A stretch of DNA of 64,000 bases from an uncultured Clostridia bacterium (GCA_949841045.1 CATKXS010000001.1:60717-124716), one strand, 5' to 3'. Positions 32,374-41,502 are shown, counted from the stretch's first letter. A program made the numbers and translations. Notes: generated by a model not told the origin, from the letters alone.

Positions 32374-34692
32374 TTAAACATTGTGTTTTACACGGTCATG
32401 TTCTTCAGCACGTTTTCCGTTATTGAATCTGTCAAGAGTCCCAACAAGGTAACCAGTAATTCTTCTGATTCTTTCAAATTCGCCTTTGCCGTCATGCTCA
32501 TCTCTTCCACAGTAAGGGCAGTGGTCGCCGATAATTCCATTATATCCGCAAACAGGGTCTCTGTCAATTGGGTGGTTGATTGCACCATAACCAATTCCTT
32601 TTTCTTTCATATGTCTGATAATTCTCTCAAATGCATCAAGGTTTTGAGATGGGTCGCCATCAAGTTCAATATATGAAATGTGACCGCCATTGCAAAGTGC
32701 ATGGAATGGAGCTTCAAGGTCAACTTTCTTTTCAGCGCTGATTGGATAGTATACAGGGACGTGGAAGCTGTTTGTATAATAATCTCTGTCAGTAATTCCT
32801 TTGATAACGCCATATTTGTTTTTGTCAATTTTGATAAATCTTCCGCTTAAGCCTTCGGCAGGAGTTGCGATAACTGAGAAGTTGAGTTTGTATTTATCTG
32901 CCATTTTGTCAGCGAAGTCACGCATGTATTTCACAATGTCGTAACCAATCTGCCATGATTTTTCGCTTTCGCCATGGTGTTTACCAGTAAGAGCAACAAG
33001 TGCTTCAGCAAGTCCGATAAAACCATAGGTGAGTGTACCATGTTTAAGAATTTCAGCAACTGAGTCGCCTCTTCCAAGTTTATCAGAGTCAATCCAAACA
33101 CCTTGTCCCATAAGGAAAGGATAGTTGTAAACATGTTTAGATTGTTGAATTTTAAATCTATCTAGAAGCTGGTCAGTAACAAGCTCAAGCATTTCATCGA
33201 GGCGAGCATAAAACTTCTTCAAATCGCCTTTAGCATCAATTGCAATACGAGGAAGGTTGATTGAAGTGAATGAAAGATTTCCTCTTCCGTATGTAATAGA
33301 CCTTTCTGGGTCATATACGTTTGCCATAACTCTTGTACGGCAACCCATATATGCGACTTCTGTCTCAGGGTGACCCTCTTTATAATATTCAAGGTTGAAT
33401 GGAGCGTCAATGAATGAGAAGTTAGGGAACATTCTCTTAGCAGAGCATGCAATAGCCTCTTTGAATAAGTCATAGTTAGGGTCGCCTGGGTTGTAGTTGA
33501 CGCCTTCCTTAACTTTGAAGATTGAGATAGGGAATATAGGAGTTTCTCCATTTCCAAGACCTTCTTCAGTTGCTTTAAGGAAATTTCTGATAACCATTCT
33601 TCCTTCTGGTGAGGTGTCTGTACCAAAGTTCAATGATGAGAATGGCACTTGAGCACCAGCACGAGAGTGCATTGTGTTGAGGTTATGAACAAGCGCTTCC
33701 ATAGCTTGGTGAGTTGCGCTGTCTGTTTCTTTAAGACTTGTTTTAGTTGCAAAGTCTTTAATCTTATTATATAGTTCATCATTAATATCGCTAAATGCCC
33801 CTCTTTCAGCTTTGTCATAAGCTTTGTTTTCTGCAAGCGTAGGGTAAACGCCTTTTTCATTTTCGATATTTTTAATTTTTTCGCAAACTTCTTCTTCAGT
33901 TAACGCTCCTGCCTCTTTGAGAACATAAGCTTTTGCGAAGTTTGTTCTATAAATCTTTTTGTATGTCTTCATAACGCCAGGTGCACACCCAAAGTCAAAG
34001 TTTGGTACGCTTTGTCCGCCATGTTGGTCATTTTGGTTAGCTTGAATGGCGATGCAGACAAGGGCAGCGTAAGTTCTGATGTCGTTAGGTTCTCTTATGT
34101 AGCCATGTCCTGTGTGAAAACCGCCTTTGAAAAGACTTAATACGTCAATTTGGCAACAAGTTTCAGTGAGAGTGTAGAAATCAAAGTCGTGAATATGAAT
34201 GTCTCCACTTTGGTGAGCTTTTGCCTGCTCTGGTGCAACAATAGCTTTTGTGAAATAGTTTTTTGCCGATTCTGAACCAAATTTAAGCATAACCCCCATT
34301 GGTGTATCACCATCAATGTTTGCGTTTTCACGTTTAAGGTCAACGTCTTTTGCATCACTGTTGTTGATTTTATCAAAAGTTTTCATCAAATTGGAATTAA
34401 GTTCTCTTGCAATGTTACGTTTGTTTCTATAAAGTATGTAAGCTTTTGCAACGTCATCGTGACCTTTTTTCATAAGCACACTTTCAACAATGTCTTGAAT
34501 TTCTTCAACTGTTGGAACAGCGCCGTCCTGATATTTTTTATCAAGTTCGTCTGCAACCGCGCTAGCAAGTTTGTGAGCAAGCTTAAGTTCACGGTCTCCA
34601 ACTGCATTCATTGCTTTAGAAATGGCAGTTTCAATCTTTTCAAGGTCGAAGGCTGTAAGTCTTCCGTCACGTTTCATAATGTTTTTTACCAT
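32374..34692 (-). CDS. nrdD: anaerobic ribonucleoside-triphosphate reductase
   Basis: I trimmed the track ORF to ATG 34692, which has an AAAGGAG RBS. It has an ATP-cone N-terminus (VKNIMKRDGRLTAFDLEKIETAISKA), a C-terminal Zn site (CGYNG...CPYCG) and the glycyl-radical motif RRITGYL. Confidence 0.95.
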   Translation of the reverse strand: MVKNIMKRDGRLTAFDLEKIETAISKAMNAVGDRELKLAHKLASAVADELDKKYQDGAVPTVEEIQDIVESVLMKKGHDDVAKAYILYRNKRNIARELNSNLMKTFDKINNSDAKDVDLKRENANIDGDTPMGVMLKFGSESAKNYFTKAIVAPEQAKAHQSGDIHIHDFDFYTLTETCCQIDVLSLFKGGFHTGHGYIREPNDIRTYAALVCIAIQANQNDQHGGQSVPNFDFGCAPGVMKTYKKIYRTNFAKAYVLKEAGALTEEEVCEKIKNIENEKGVYPTLAENKAYDKAERGAFSDINDELYNKIKDFATKTSLKETDSATHQAMEALVHNLNTMHSRAGAQVPFSSLNFGTDTSPEGRMVIRNFLKATEEGLGNGETPIFPISIFKVKEGVNYNPGDPNYDLFKEAIACSAKRMFPNFSFIDAPFNLEYYKEGHPETEVAYMGCRTRVMANVYDPERSITYGRGNLSFTSINLPRIAIDAKGDLKKFYARLDEMLELVTDQLLDRFKIQQSKHVYNYPFLMGQGVWIDSDKLGRGDSVAEILKHGTLTYGFIGLAEALVALTGKHHGESEKSWQIGYDIVKYMRDFADKMADKYKLNFSVIATPAEGLSGRFIKIDKNKYGVIKGITDRDYYTNSFHVPVYYPISAEKKVDLEAPFHALCNGGHISYIELDGDPSQNLDAFERIIRHMKEKGIGYGAINHPIDRDPVCGYNGIIGDHCPYCGRDEHDGKGEFERIRRITGYLVGTLDRFNNGKRAEEHDRVKHNV

Positions 34693-34713
34693 AGTTACTC
34701 CTTTAATGAAAAC

Positions 34714-34760
34714 ACACAATATATAGTATGCTGAAAATTTCAGCTTAGCACATTTTGTGT
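34714..34760 (-). promoter_or_regulatory. tandem NrdR boxes upstream of nrdD
   Basis: Box 1 (34714-34729, ACACAATATATAGTAT) matches the 16-bp NrdR consensus acaCwAtATaTwGtgt at 15 of 16 positions. Box 2 (34745-34760, TTAGCACATTTTGTGT) matches at 10 of 16, with a good right half. The centre-to-centre distance is 31 bp, the usual three helical turns. Confidence 0.6.
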
Positions 34761-34772
34761 CGTTCGAGATAT

Positions 34773-34801
34773 ATCTTATAACTTTTAAAAATGAAAGTCA
34801 A
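34773..34801 (-). promoter_or_regulatory. candidate nrdD promoter
   Basis: The reverse strand reads TTGACT (34801-34796), a 17-nt spacer, then TAAGAT (34778-34773). This places the NrdR boxes just downstream of the predicted start site. Confidence 0.4.
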
Positions 34802-34967
34802 TAAAATTTGACAACAATTTTTTGCATTTTGAGGGGTAAGTTATTTTATTATAACGTATTCCTTTTTGAGAAAGGAGGAAAGAGGATAAAAATTTTTTTT
34901 GCCTATAAATAAATGTTTGAAATCACCCCTAGAGGGAAAAAATATTTTATAAAATTTAAAGTTTTGA

Positions 34968-34996
34968 TTGATTACTTTCTCTTCATATGTTAGAAT
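34968..34996 (+). promoter_or_regulatory. candidate extended -10 promoter of the CvpA-fusion/rsmH block
   Basis: TTGATT (34968-34973), a 17-nt spacer, then TAGAAT (34991-34996) preceded by TGt. Confidence 0.45.
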
Positions 34997-35023
34997 AAGA
35001 TAGTATTAAAAAAGGAGACTAAA

Positions 35024-37546
35024 ATGAGTGCTAGTTTAATAGGCTGGGGTATTACTTTATTTTTCGTAATACTTTTGGTAGGCGGGTTTTTGGTTGGTTT
35101 TTGGCGCGGCTTTAAAAAATCAACAGCGAATCTTGTGATTTCGATAATTGGAGTTATTGTCGCTTTCTTTGTGACACCTGTAATCACAAATTCTATTTTG
35201 GGAATTAAGGTGACATCGGATGGGACAAAAATGTCAATTAAAAATGCTCTTCTTAATATGATTTATTCAACTAAAGAGGTGGGCAGTTTGACAGAAAATA
35301 ATCCAAACTTGAAAACCTTAATAGACAATCTTCCTTCAGCAGTATTCAACACAATAATTTTTATCTTTGTGACGATTGCTATTGAAATAGTTTGCTATAT
35401 TGTCTTTAAGATTTTAGGCATTGCACTTTTTAAAGGCAAGAAAAGGGGAAGATTATTTGGCGGACTCGTTGGAGTGGTGAAAACCTTTATCGTGGCCGTA
35501 ATCGCTTGTATGCCACTTGCTGCTCTTATTGGGCTTGCAAACGATATGACAAAGTCTCAAGACTATGGAATTTCAACTTCGGCGTCTGCAAGTGCAAACA
35601 TTGTGAATGATTATCTTCCAAATGAAGCCACTATTGTTATAGAGGGACTTGAGTCTAATATGCTTGTAAAATGTGCGGGGATATTCGGACTTGATAATGC
35701 AATGTTTGATTACTATGCTAATGTAAAAGTTGGCGGAGAAAAGGTAAAACTTCGCCAAGAAATCAAATCTCTTTATGATGTTGCAGATTTAGGCTATCAA
35801 CTTTCAAAAAGTGATTTGAACGAAATTGATTATACAAAAGTAAATTATGATAAACTCGAGGGTACAATTAATAGATTGACAAGTACTCCTATGTATAGAC
35901 AAGTTTTAGCTAAGACAATTTCAGATGTTATAGTTAATTACAATGATTATTCATTCTTGCCTTCAAGCATTACGTCAAACAGTGAAATCTTAGATGAATT
36001 AGGGGCAAGCCTTGAAGCCAGCGAAAATGTTGCTGATTATTTCAGAGAAGATTTGCTTAATATTGTTGAATGTATTAAATTGCTTGGAGAGGGCGGAATT
36101 ATTGATGAAATAATCGACAATAAAGGCGAAGGTATTGAAAAGGTACTTTCTGCTATAACAAGCGAAGATAAAATATCTGCCTTTGAAAATGGCGTTAAAA
36201 AGGTGTTTGACCTTAACTTAATTCAAGATTGTGCAACAAGCGTTGTCAATATGGCTATTGATAAAGTTAAGCTAGAGATTGACAAAGTTGGAAGTTCAAG
36301 CGAAATCACTGATGAAGAATGGGATGGCGTTGCGACATCACTCACAAACATTGCCTCTTCATTTGGAGAACTTTCAAAACTTGTTAATATAGGTGACGTA
36401 ATTAAAGACCCAACCATACTTTTAGATGAAGAGAAAAATTATAATATAAATTCTATTACACAACTTCTTGGTGAAATGCTCGACAATGTAAGAAATAATA
36501 GATTATTGCTTACAGCCGAGAAAAAACCTATTGTTGACAAACTTCTTGAGAAAAACAATCTTTCTCTCCCAACTGAAAAAGTAATTGACTCAGAAGGGCA
36601 AGAGGTGTCTCTTGATAGTTATACAAAATATTTCGCATTCCTTTCACCATCTCTCACAAAATTGAAAGATGAAAAAATCTATCATATGATAACTAAAGAG
36701 GGTGCAAGTGCAAATTCAATTATGCTTGAGTTTGCATATAAGCTTTCAGAAGAGGGCAAGGAAAACTTATTGAGTGAGATTATGTTGCCACTCACTCAAG
36801 TGGAACCTACAAAATCGCTTATTGTTGATAAGCTTTCTGATGTTGCAGGTGATACATTCGTAAACTTCGGTCTTTTGACAACTTATGAGGACTGGAATAG
36901 CGACCTAGCAAACATTTCAAAAATGCTTATTGCTCTAAATACTGCAAGATATGATGATAATAATTCATATTTGGATCTTGCATTAAAGGGTGAATATACT
37001 AAAATTATCAAAAACATTAGCGAAAGCAACATTGAAAACATTTTAGTTCCACTTCTTGAAGGTAAATCAACAGTAGGCGTTAAAGAGCCACTGTTTGCAA
37101 GCTTAAAGACAGAAATTGACAACTTGACAGGAACAGAATGCGCATTGTCTATAGCAAATGCTTCATTTGTAGGCGATGAAAGCCAGACACAAGAAGTTGT
37201 AAACATATTCAAAAAATTCGTTGCAGTAAACAATGCACAAGGCGCAAATTCTTCACTTGCAAGAGTTGATAAAACGATTTTAAGCGAGCTTCTCAACACT
37301 ATGAAAGTCAACGCTTATAGAGTAGAGAATGGTGGCAAGACTGAAGAAGGAATATTTAAGTCAAGCTTTACATGCATTGTCAATAAACTCAAAGTTGATT
37401 ATAGTGACGAAGTTGAAATAATCGCAAATGACAAAGACATCTTAAATGAACTTGGCGTAGAAGATTTAAGTGAAAATAGTTATTCAAAACTTGATTTTGC
37501 ACAACTTTTAACTGTTATAAATCAGATTCAAGACTTGAATATATAG
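35024..37546 (+). CDS. membrane protein: N-terminal CvpA-like domain fused to a roughly 670-aa extension (840 aa)
   Basis: The first 170 aa or so have four hydrophobic helices and CvpA-family landmarks (GFLVGFWRGFKKS...; RLFGGLVGVVKTFIVAVIACMPL). I do not recognise the remainder. It has an AAGGAG RBS. Confidence 0.8.
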   Translation: MSASLIGWGITLFFVILLVGGFLVGFWRGFKKSTANLVISIIGVIVAFFVTPVITNSILGIKVTSDGTKMSIKNALLNMIYSTKEVGSLTENNPNLKTLIDNLPSAVFNTIIFIFVTIAIEIVCYIVFKILGIALFKGKKRGRLFGGLVGVVKTFIVAVIACMPLAALIGLANDMTKSQDYGISTSASASANIVNDYLPNEATIVIEGLESNMLVKCAGIFGLDNAMFDYYANVKVGGEKVKLRQEIKSLYDVADLGYQLSKSDLNEIDYTKVNYDKLEGTINRLTSTPMYRQVLAKTISDVIVNYNDYSFLPSSITSNSEILDELGASLEASENVADYFREDLLNIVECIKLLGEGGIIDEIIDNKGEGIEKVLSAITSEDKISAFENGVKKVFDLNLIQDCATSVVNMAIDKVKLEIDKVGSSSEITDEEWDGVATSLTNIASSFGELSKLVNIGDVIKDPTILLDEEKNYNINSITQLLGEMLDNVRNNRLLLTAEKKPIVDKLLEKNNLSLPTEKVIDSEGQEVSLDSYTKYFAFLSPSLTKLKDEKIYHMITKEGASANSIMLEFAYKLSEEGKENLLSEIMLPLTQVEPTKSLIVDKLSDVAGDTFVNFGLLTTYEDWNSDLANISKMLIALNTARYDDNNSYLDLALKGEYTKIIKNISESNIENILVPLLEGKSTVGVKEPLFASLKTEIDNLTGTECALSIANASFVGDESQTQEVVNIFKKFVAVNNAQGANSSLARVDKTILSELLNTMKVNAYRVENGGKTEEGIFKSSFTCIVNKLKVDYSDEVEIIANDKDILNELGVEDLSENSYSKLDFAQLLTVINQIQDLNI

Positions 37547-37565
37547 GAGTTAAATAATTCGACAG

Positions 37566-38498
37566 ATGGAATTTAAACATATACCAGTTCTTCTTGAACC
37601 TGTTCTTGATGGACTGAACATAAAAAGTGATGGAATATACATTGATTGCACGATGGGTGGCGGTGGTCATTCAAGCGAGATATTAAAAAGACTATCTCTT
37701 AAAGGTCGACTTATCGGTTTTGATCGCGATGATGACGCCGTAGCCGTGTGCAAAGAACGTTTTAAAAATAATAAAAATGTTAAAGTTGTAAAAGCAAATT
37801 TTAAAGATGCACCAGCCATTTTAAAGGAAATGGGCGTTCAAAATGTAGACGGTGTACTTGTCGACCTTGGTGTAAGCTCATATCAACTTGACAATGGAGA
37901 GCGTGGTTTTAGTTATTTCCATGAAGGCAGACTTGATATGCGTATGGATAGAACTCAGGACATTGACGCCTATTACGTTGTAAACAATTATTCAAAAGAT
38001 AAGCTCACCAGTATTCTATATAAATATGGCGAGGAAAGTAACGCAAAGAGGATTGTCGAAAATATCTTATTAAGGCGTGCTCAAAAGCCTATTGAGACAA
38101 CTGGCGAGCTTAAAGAGATAATTGAAAGCGCCTTTCCAAAGAAAGTAATATTTGGAAAGGGTGGCGTTTCAAAAAAGACCTTTCAAGCAATCAGAATTGA
38201 GGTTAATGGAGAGCTTTCTGGACTTGAAGAGTTTATAAGAGAGTTTGTGCCAATGCTTAATAAAGGTGGAAGAATGGGGATTATTTCATTCCATAGCCTT
38301 GAAGACCGCATTGTAAAAAATGCATTTAAAGAACTTGCAACGGACTGCATTTGTCCACCGAAAACACCAGTTTGCATATGTGGCCATAAATCGCAGGTTA
38401 AACTTGTAAATCATAAACCAATTATTGCGGACGAAAATGAACTTGAAGAGAATTCGAGAAGTAGCAGTGCAAAACTTAGAATAGTCCAAAAATTGTAA
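37566..38498 (+). CDS. rsmH: 16S rRNA (cytosine1402-N4)-methyltransferase
   Basis: 310 aa with HIPVLLEPVL, DCTMGGGGHS, DLGVSSYQLD and SFHSLEDRIVK. Confidence 0.95.
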   Translation: MEFKHIPVLLEPVLDGLNIKSDGIYIDCTMGGGGHSSEILKRLSLKGRLIGFDRDDDAVAVCKERFKNNKNVKVVKANFKDAPAILKEMGVQNVDGVLVDLGVSSYQLDNGERGFSYFHEGRLDMRMDRTQDIDAYYVVNNYSKDKLTSILYKYGEESNAKRIVENILLRRAQKPIETTGELKEIIESAFPKKVIFGKGGVSKKTFQAIRIEVNGELSGLEEFIREFVPMLNKGGRMGIISFHSLEDRIVKNAFKELATDCICPPKTPVCICGHKSQVKLVNHKPIIADENELEENSRSSSAKLRIVQKL

Positions 38499-38524
38499 TA
38501 CATAACAAAGGAGGTGAATACTAT

Positions 38525-39169
38525 ATGAGAGAGAAAACTTTGCTCGAAAAGGCAATTGAAGAGAAGAAAGCTGAGTCAGAAGTTGTTACTGAAAAAGTAA
38601 AATCTGAACCTGTCGTAGAAAAGCAAGTGAAAGAAGTGGAAACGAAAAAAGTATTTTCGTCAGCCACCTTTCCAGCGATTGAACTTGAAAAACTTCGCAG
38701 GAAATATCAAAGCGAAGAAGATGAAGAGTTAGACAAGATTGAAGTTAGCAAGTTTTCTCAAGTAGTAGAAAAGCCTAATTATGATACAATGCAGACGCTT
38801 ACTGAGGTCGAACGAAAAAAGATTTTTAAAGTAGAAGGGGGCGAGGAGGCGAATAAGCCTAAACAAAACAAGTTTAAGATTTTTATAATATCTCTTCTTA
38901 TTGCGCTGTTTGGTGTTTGGGGAATTATAAATCTTGCGACAATTGATAATGTTTCAAGTCAAATTTCCAACTTGACAACGCAGTATGAACTTAACCTTGC
39001 AAATTATCTTAAAAATCTTTATACTCTTGATGCGACAAACTCAGAGAATATGAACAATCTCTTTGAGACAATTCCTGAAGAGGAAACACTTCCTAATGTT
39101 ATCAAGGATAAATCAAACGGGTTCGACAGATTTTGCAATTTCATTTCAGGCTTATTTGGAGCGAATTAG
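38525..39169 (+). CDS. FtsL-like bitopic cell-division protein with a long K/E-rich N-terminal extension (214 aa)
   Basis: It occupies the slot between rsmH and the class B PBP. It has a single TM (IFIISLLIALFGVWGIINLATI) followed by a short coiled-coil-like segment, and an AGGAGGTG RBS. Its last five codons and stop lie inside the 66-nt repeat element. Confidence 0.55.
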   Translation: MREKTLLEKAIEEKKAESEVVTEKVKSEPVVEKQVKEVETKKVFSSATFPAIELEKLRRKYQSEEDEELDKIEVSKFSQVVEKPNYDTMQTLTEVERKKIFKVEGGEEANKPKQNKFKIFIISLLIALFGVWGIINLATIDNVSSQISNLTTQYELNLANYLKNLYTLDATNSENMNNLFETIPEEETLPNVIKDKSNGFDRFCNFISGLFGAN

Positions 39170-39221
39170 TCGCTGTACGAACAATCGTTCAAGTGTTCGT
39201 ACACCAATTAATTTGGTGGAG
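39155..39221 (+). repeat. 66-nt repeat element, copy A (contains CGAAC-N4-GTTC)
   Basis: TTTGGAGCGAATTAGTCGCTGTACGAACAATCGTTCAAGTGTTCGTACACCAATTAATTTGGTGGAG is about 84 percent identical to 45519-45584. It can form the hairpins AGCGA/TCGCT and GTACGAACA/TGTTCGTAC. Confidence 0.85.
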
Positions 39222-39276
39222 CAACTTAGCTAATGTGTAAACATGTGTTTAGTGTGTTCACTCGCCAAATATTTGT

Positions 39277-41166
39277 GTGGAGGTTAACTTGCAAAAAGCC
39301 TATTCATTATTTTCTTTAAAAAAGAGGATATTAGCAGTACTTCTGGTAATATCCTTTATTTTTTGTTCGCTAATAGTCAGACTTTTTGTCATTCAAATTA
39401 TAAATGGAAAAAGTTTGCAGTCACGTGCGACCGACCAGTGGACTAGAGACCTTTCAATCGTTGCGCCTCGCGGGACAATCTATGATAGAACAGGCTCTAC
39501 TCTTGCTGTGAGTTATACCACTTATAATGTCTATGTCAGAGGACGAGAAGTCATAGATAAGTCTGAAATTTCTGTTCATTTATCTCAAATATTAGATTTA
39601 TCATTCGAAAGTGTTTACACGAAATTAACCAAGAAAAATGCCAGCGAAGTTTTGATTAAAATGCAGATTGAAGGTGATAAAGCGGAAGAGATTTATAGAC
39701 TCGGTCTTCCAGGCGTTTACCTTGCGGAAAACTCAAATAGATATTATCCTTATGGAAATCTTCTTTCTCAGGTGCTTGGGTTTATAAGTGTTGATAATGC
39801 TGGACAGACGGGAATTGAGGCCTATTATAATGATTATCTAAAGGGTAAAGATGGTTATAGTTATGTTCAAAGCGACCTACAGGGAAAGGAAATAGGTGGT
39901 TCGCTCAGATACTATGTTGGCGCAACTGCAGGCAAAGATTTAAACCTTACAATTGATAGTAAAATGCAACTTATCGTTGAACAAGCGCTGGAAAAAATAA
40001 TGGTGGAACAAAAAGCAAAAAGTGCAACGGGTATTATATTAGATGCCAAGACTGGCGAAGTGCTATCGCTTTCAACCAAGCCAAGTTTTGATTTAAACGA
40101 AGTACCTCGTGATGACCTCGAAGCACTATTTGAACAAAGTAAAGTTAAACCTGCAACAGATATTTATGAGCCAGGTTCAACTTTTAAAATTCTTACCGTT
40201 GCAGCAGCACTCGAGGAGGGGCTTACAAACCTTGAAGATAGGTTCTATTGTCCAGGATACCGCGTTATAGATGGCATTAGAATAAAGTGTTGGAGAACTA
40301 TCGGACATGGTAGTCAGACCCTTTCTGAAGCCTTTGCAAACTCATGTAACTGCTGTTTTATGGACCTCGCTTTAAGGCTTGGTGTCGACAAGTTTTATAG
40401 TTATATGGAAAAATTTGGTCTTGGCAAGAAAACAGGACTAGATGTGACAGGAGAGGCAAGTGGAATTTTAATGGCGAAAAAACTGGTTAAAAATGTTGAC
40501 CTTGCTCGTATGGGCTTTGGTCATGCTATTGCTCTTACTCCAATGCAACTTCTGTCAGCTGTTTCATCAATTGTCAATGGTGGAACATTCAATAGTCCGC
40601 ATTTAACACAAACTCAGACCTCTTCACAAATGAGAAAACAAAGCGGTATTATAAGCGCAAAAACCTCTCAAACTGTCAATGGACTTCTCGAATTTGCCGA
40701 AAATAAAACTGGGAAATATACCTTTGTAGAAGGCTATAATGTAGGTGGAAAGACGGGTACAGCTCAGAAATATAAGGAGACAGGCGGAATTGACAGCGGA
40801 AAGTACGTTTCCAGTTTTGTTGGGACTTATCCAGCAGACAACCCACAATATATTGTGTTTGTCATGGTAGACGAGCCAAGTAATGGTGCATATTATGGAA
40901 GTATTGTTGCTGCTCCTTATGGCAAAGAAATATTTTTAAACCTATTTGATTATCTTGACGAAAAGAAACAAGATGAGAGTGCTGTGGTCGAATATGTGCC
41001 AATGCCTGACCTTGTTGGAAAAAGCCTTGCCGAATGTGCGGTTATTTTAAAGGAAATCGGACTTGAATATGAACTTGACGGAGAAGGTGAATATATAGAA
41101 AGACAACTTCCACCAATCGGAACTTCACTTGCAAAAGGCTCAGTAATCCTCTTGGTTACAACTTGA
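39277..41166 (+). CDS. class B penicillin-binding protein (FtsI/PBP2B type) with a C-terminal PASTA domain
   Basis: It has an N-terminal TM, the transpeptidase motifs STFK, SCN and KTGT, and a PASTA-like C-terminus (VPMPDLVGKSLAECAVILKEIGLEYEL). The track start is GTG 39277. TTG 39289 sits 5 nt after GGAGG (39279-39283) and may be the real start. The stop is TGA 41164-41166. Confidence 0.9.
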   Translation: MEVNLQKAYSLFSLKKRILAVLLVISFIFCSLIVRLFVIQIINGKSLQSRATDQWTRDLSIVAPRGTIYDRTGSTLAVSYTTYNVYVRGREVIDKSEISVHLSQILDLSFESVYTKLTKKNASEVLIKMQIEGDKAEEIYRLGLPGVYLAENSNRYYPYGNLLSQVLGFISVDNAGQTGIEAYYNDYLKGKDGYSYVQSDLQGKEIGGSLRYYVGATAGKDLNLTIDSKMQLIVEQALEKIMVEQKAKSATGIILDAKTGEVLSLSTKPSFDLNEVPRDDLEALFEQSKVKPATDIYEPGSTFKILTVAAALEEGLTNLEDRFYCPGYRVIDGIRIKCWRTIGHGSQTLSEAFANSCNCCFMDLALRLGVDKFYSYMEKFGLGKKTGLDVTGEASGILMAKKLVKNVDLARMGFGHAIALTPMQLLSAVSSIVNGGTFNSPHLTQTQTSSQMRKQSGIISAKTSQTVNGLLEFAENKTGKYTFVEGYNVGGKTGTAQKYKETGGIDSGKYVSSFVGTYPADNPQYIVFVMVDEPSNGAYYGSIVAAPYGKEIFLNLFDYLDEKKQDESAVVEYVPMPDLVGKSLAECAVILKEIGLEYELDGEGEYIERQLPPIGTSLAKGSVILLVTT

Positions 41167-41473
41167 GGAGGCTTAGGCAGATTATTGCGGAACAATTTTG
41201 ACTGGTGATTTCAACCTGCTTAACTATAAAATGTGGCTAAGCCTCTTGCGGAACAGAAAAAACTAAGATTGTATATACTTCAAAAAACAAAGTGGCTAAG
41301 CCACACGATAAAAAGCGAATAATACGCGCGGATAATCTGCGGAATGAAACGAGTTTAAAATAGTAATATACTTTACGATAAAAAAGCAGATAATCTGCAA
41401 AAAGCGGATAATCTGTGGAACAGAATAAATTTAATATTGAAATATACTTTACGATAAAAAGCGGATAATCCGC
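41167..41473. repeat. palindrome-rich degenerate tandem repeat region
   Basis: It contains 13-bp odd-centred palindromes: GTGGCTAAGCCAC 41292-41304, GCGGATAATCTGC 41328-41340, GCAGATAATCTGC 41386-41398, GCGGATAATCTGT 41404-41416 and GCGGATAATCCGC 41461-41473. ATATACTT(T)ACGATAAAAAGC units begin at 41273, 41366 and 41442. T(G/C)(C/T)GGAA(C/T) follows four of the motifs. GAGGCTTAG (41168-41176) is complementary to CTAAGCCTC (41237-41245). Confidence 0.85.
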
Positions 41474-41502
41474 TTGGTTAAAAATTAAAAATATAGTATA
41501 AT
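41474..41502 (+). promoter_or_regulatory. promoter placed for a leaderless mRNA of the first YugP-like gene
   Basis: TTGGTT (41474-41479), a 17-nt spacer, then TATAAT (41497-41502), then atagtt and ATG 41509. No SD is present. Confidence 0.45.

Noticed and set aside
32383-34734. Multiple 67-135-aa ORFs on both strands overlapping nrdD.
   Set aside because: The nrdD frame carries the ATP-cone, Zn site and glycyl-radical motifs end to end. The others are frame shadows.
39233-39319. A short ORF (about 28 codons, MCKHVFSVFTRQIF...) starting after the SD-like end of repeat copy A and overlapping the PBP start.
   Set aside because: The SD-to-ATG spacing is 11 nt. The ORF overlaps the better-supported PBP start in another frame and shows no peptide features, so it is probably fortuitous.
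41164-41166. The possibility that the AT-rich organism uses genetic code 4 (TGA = Trp), as in Mollicutes.
   Set aside because: TGA terminates the PBP gene exactly after its PASTA domain. Trp is encoded by TGG throughout, and all long ORFs are intact under code 11.
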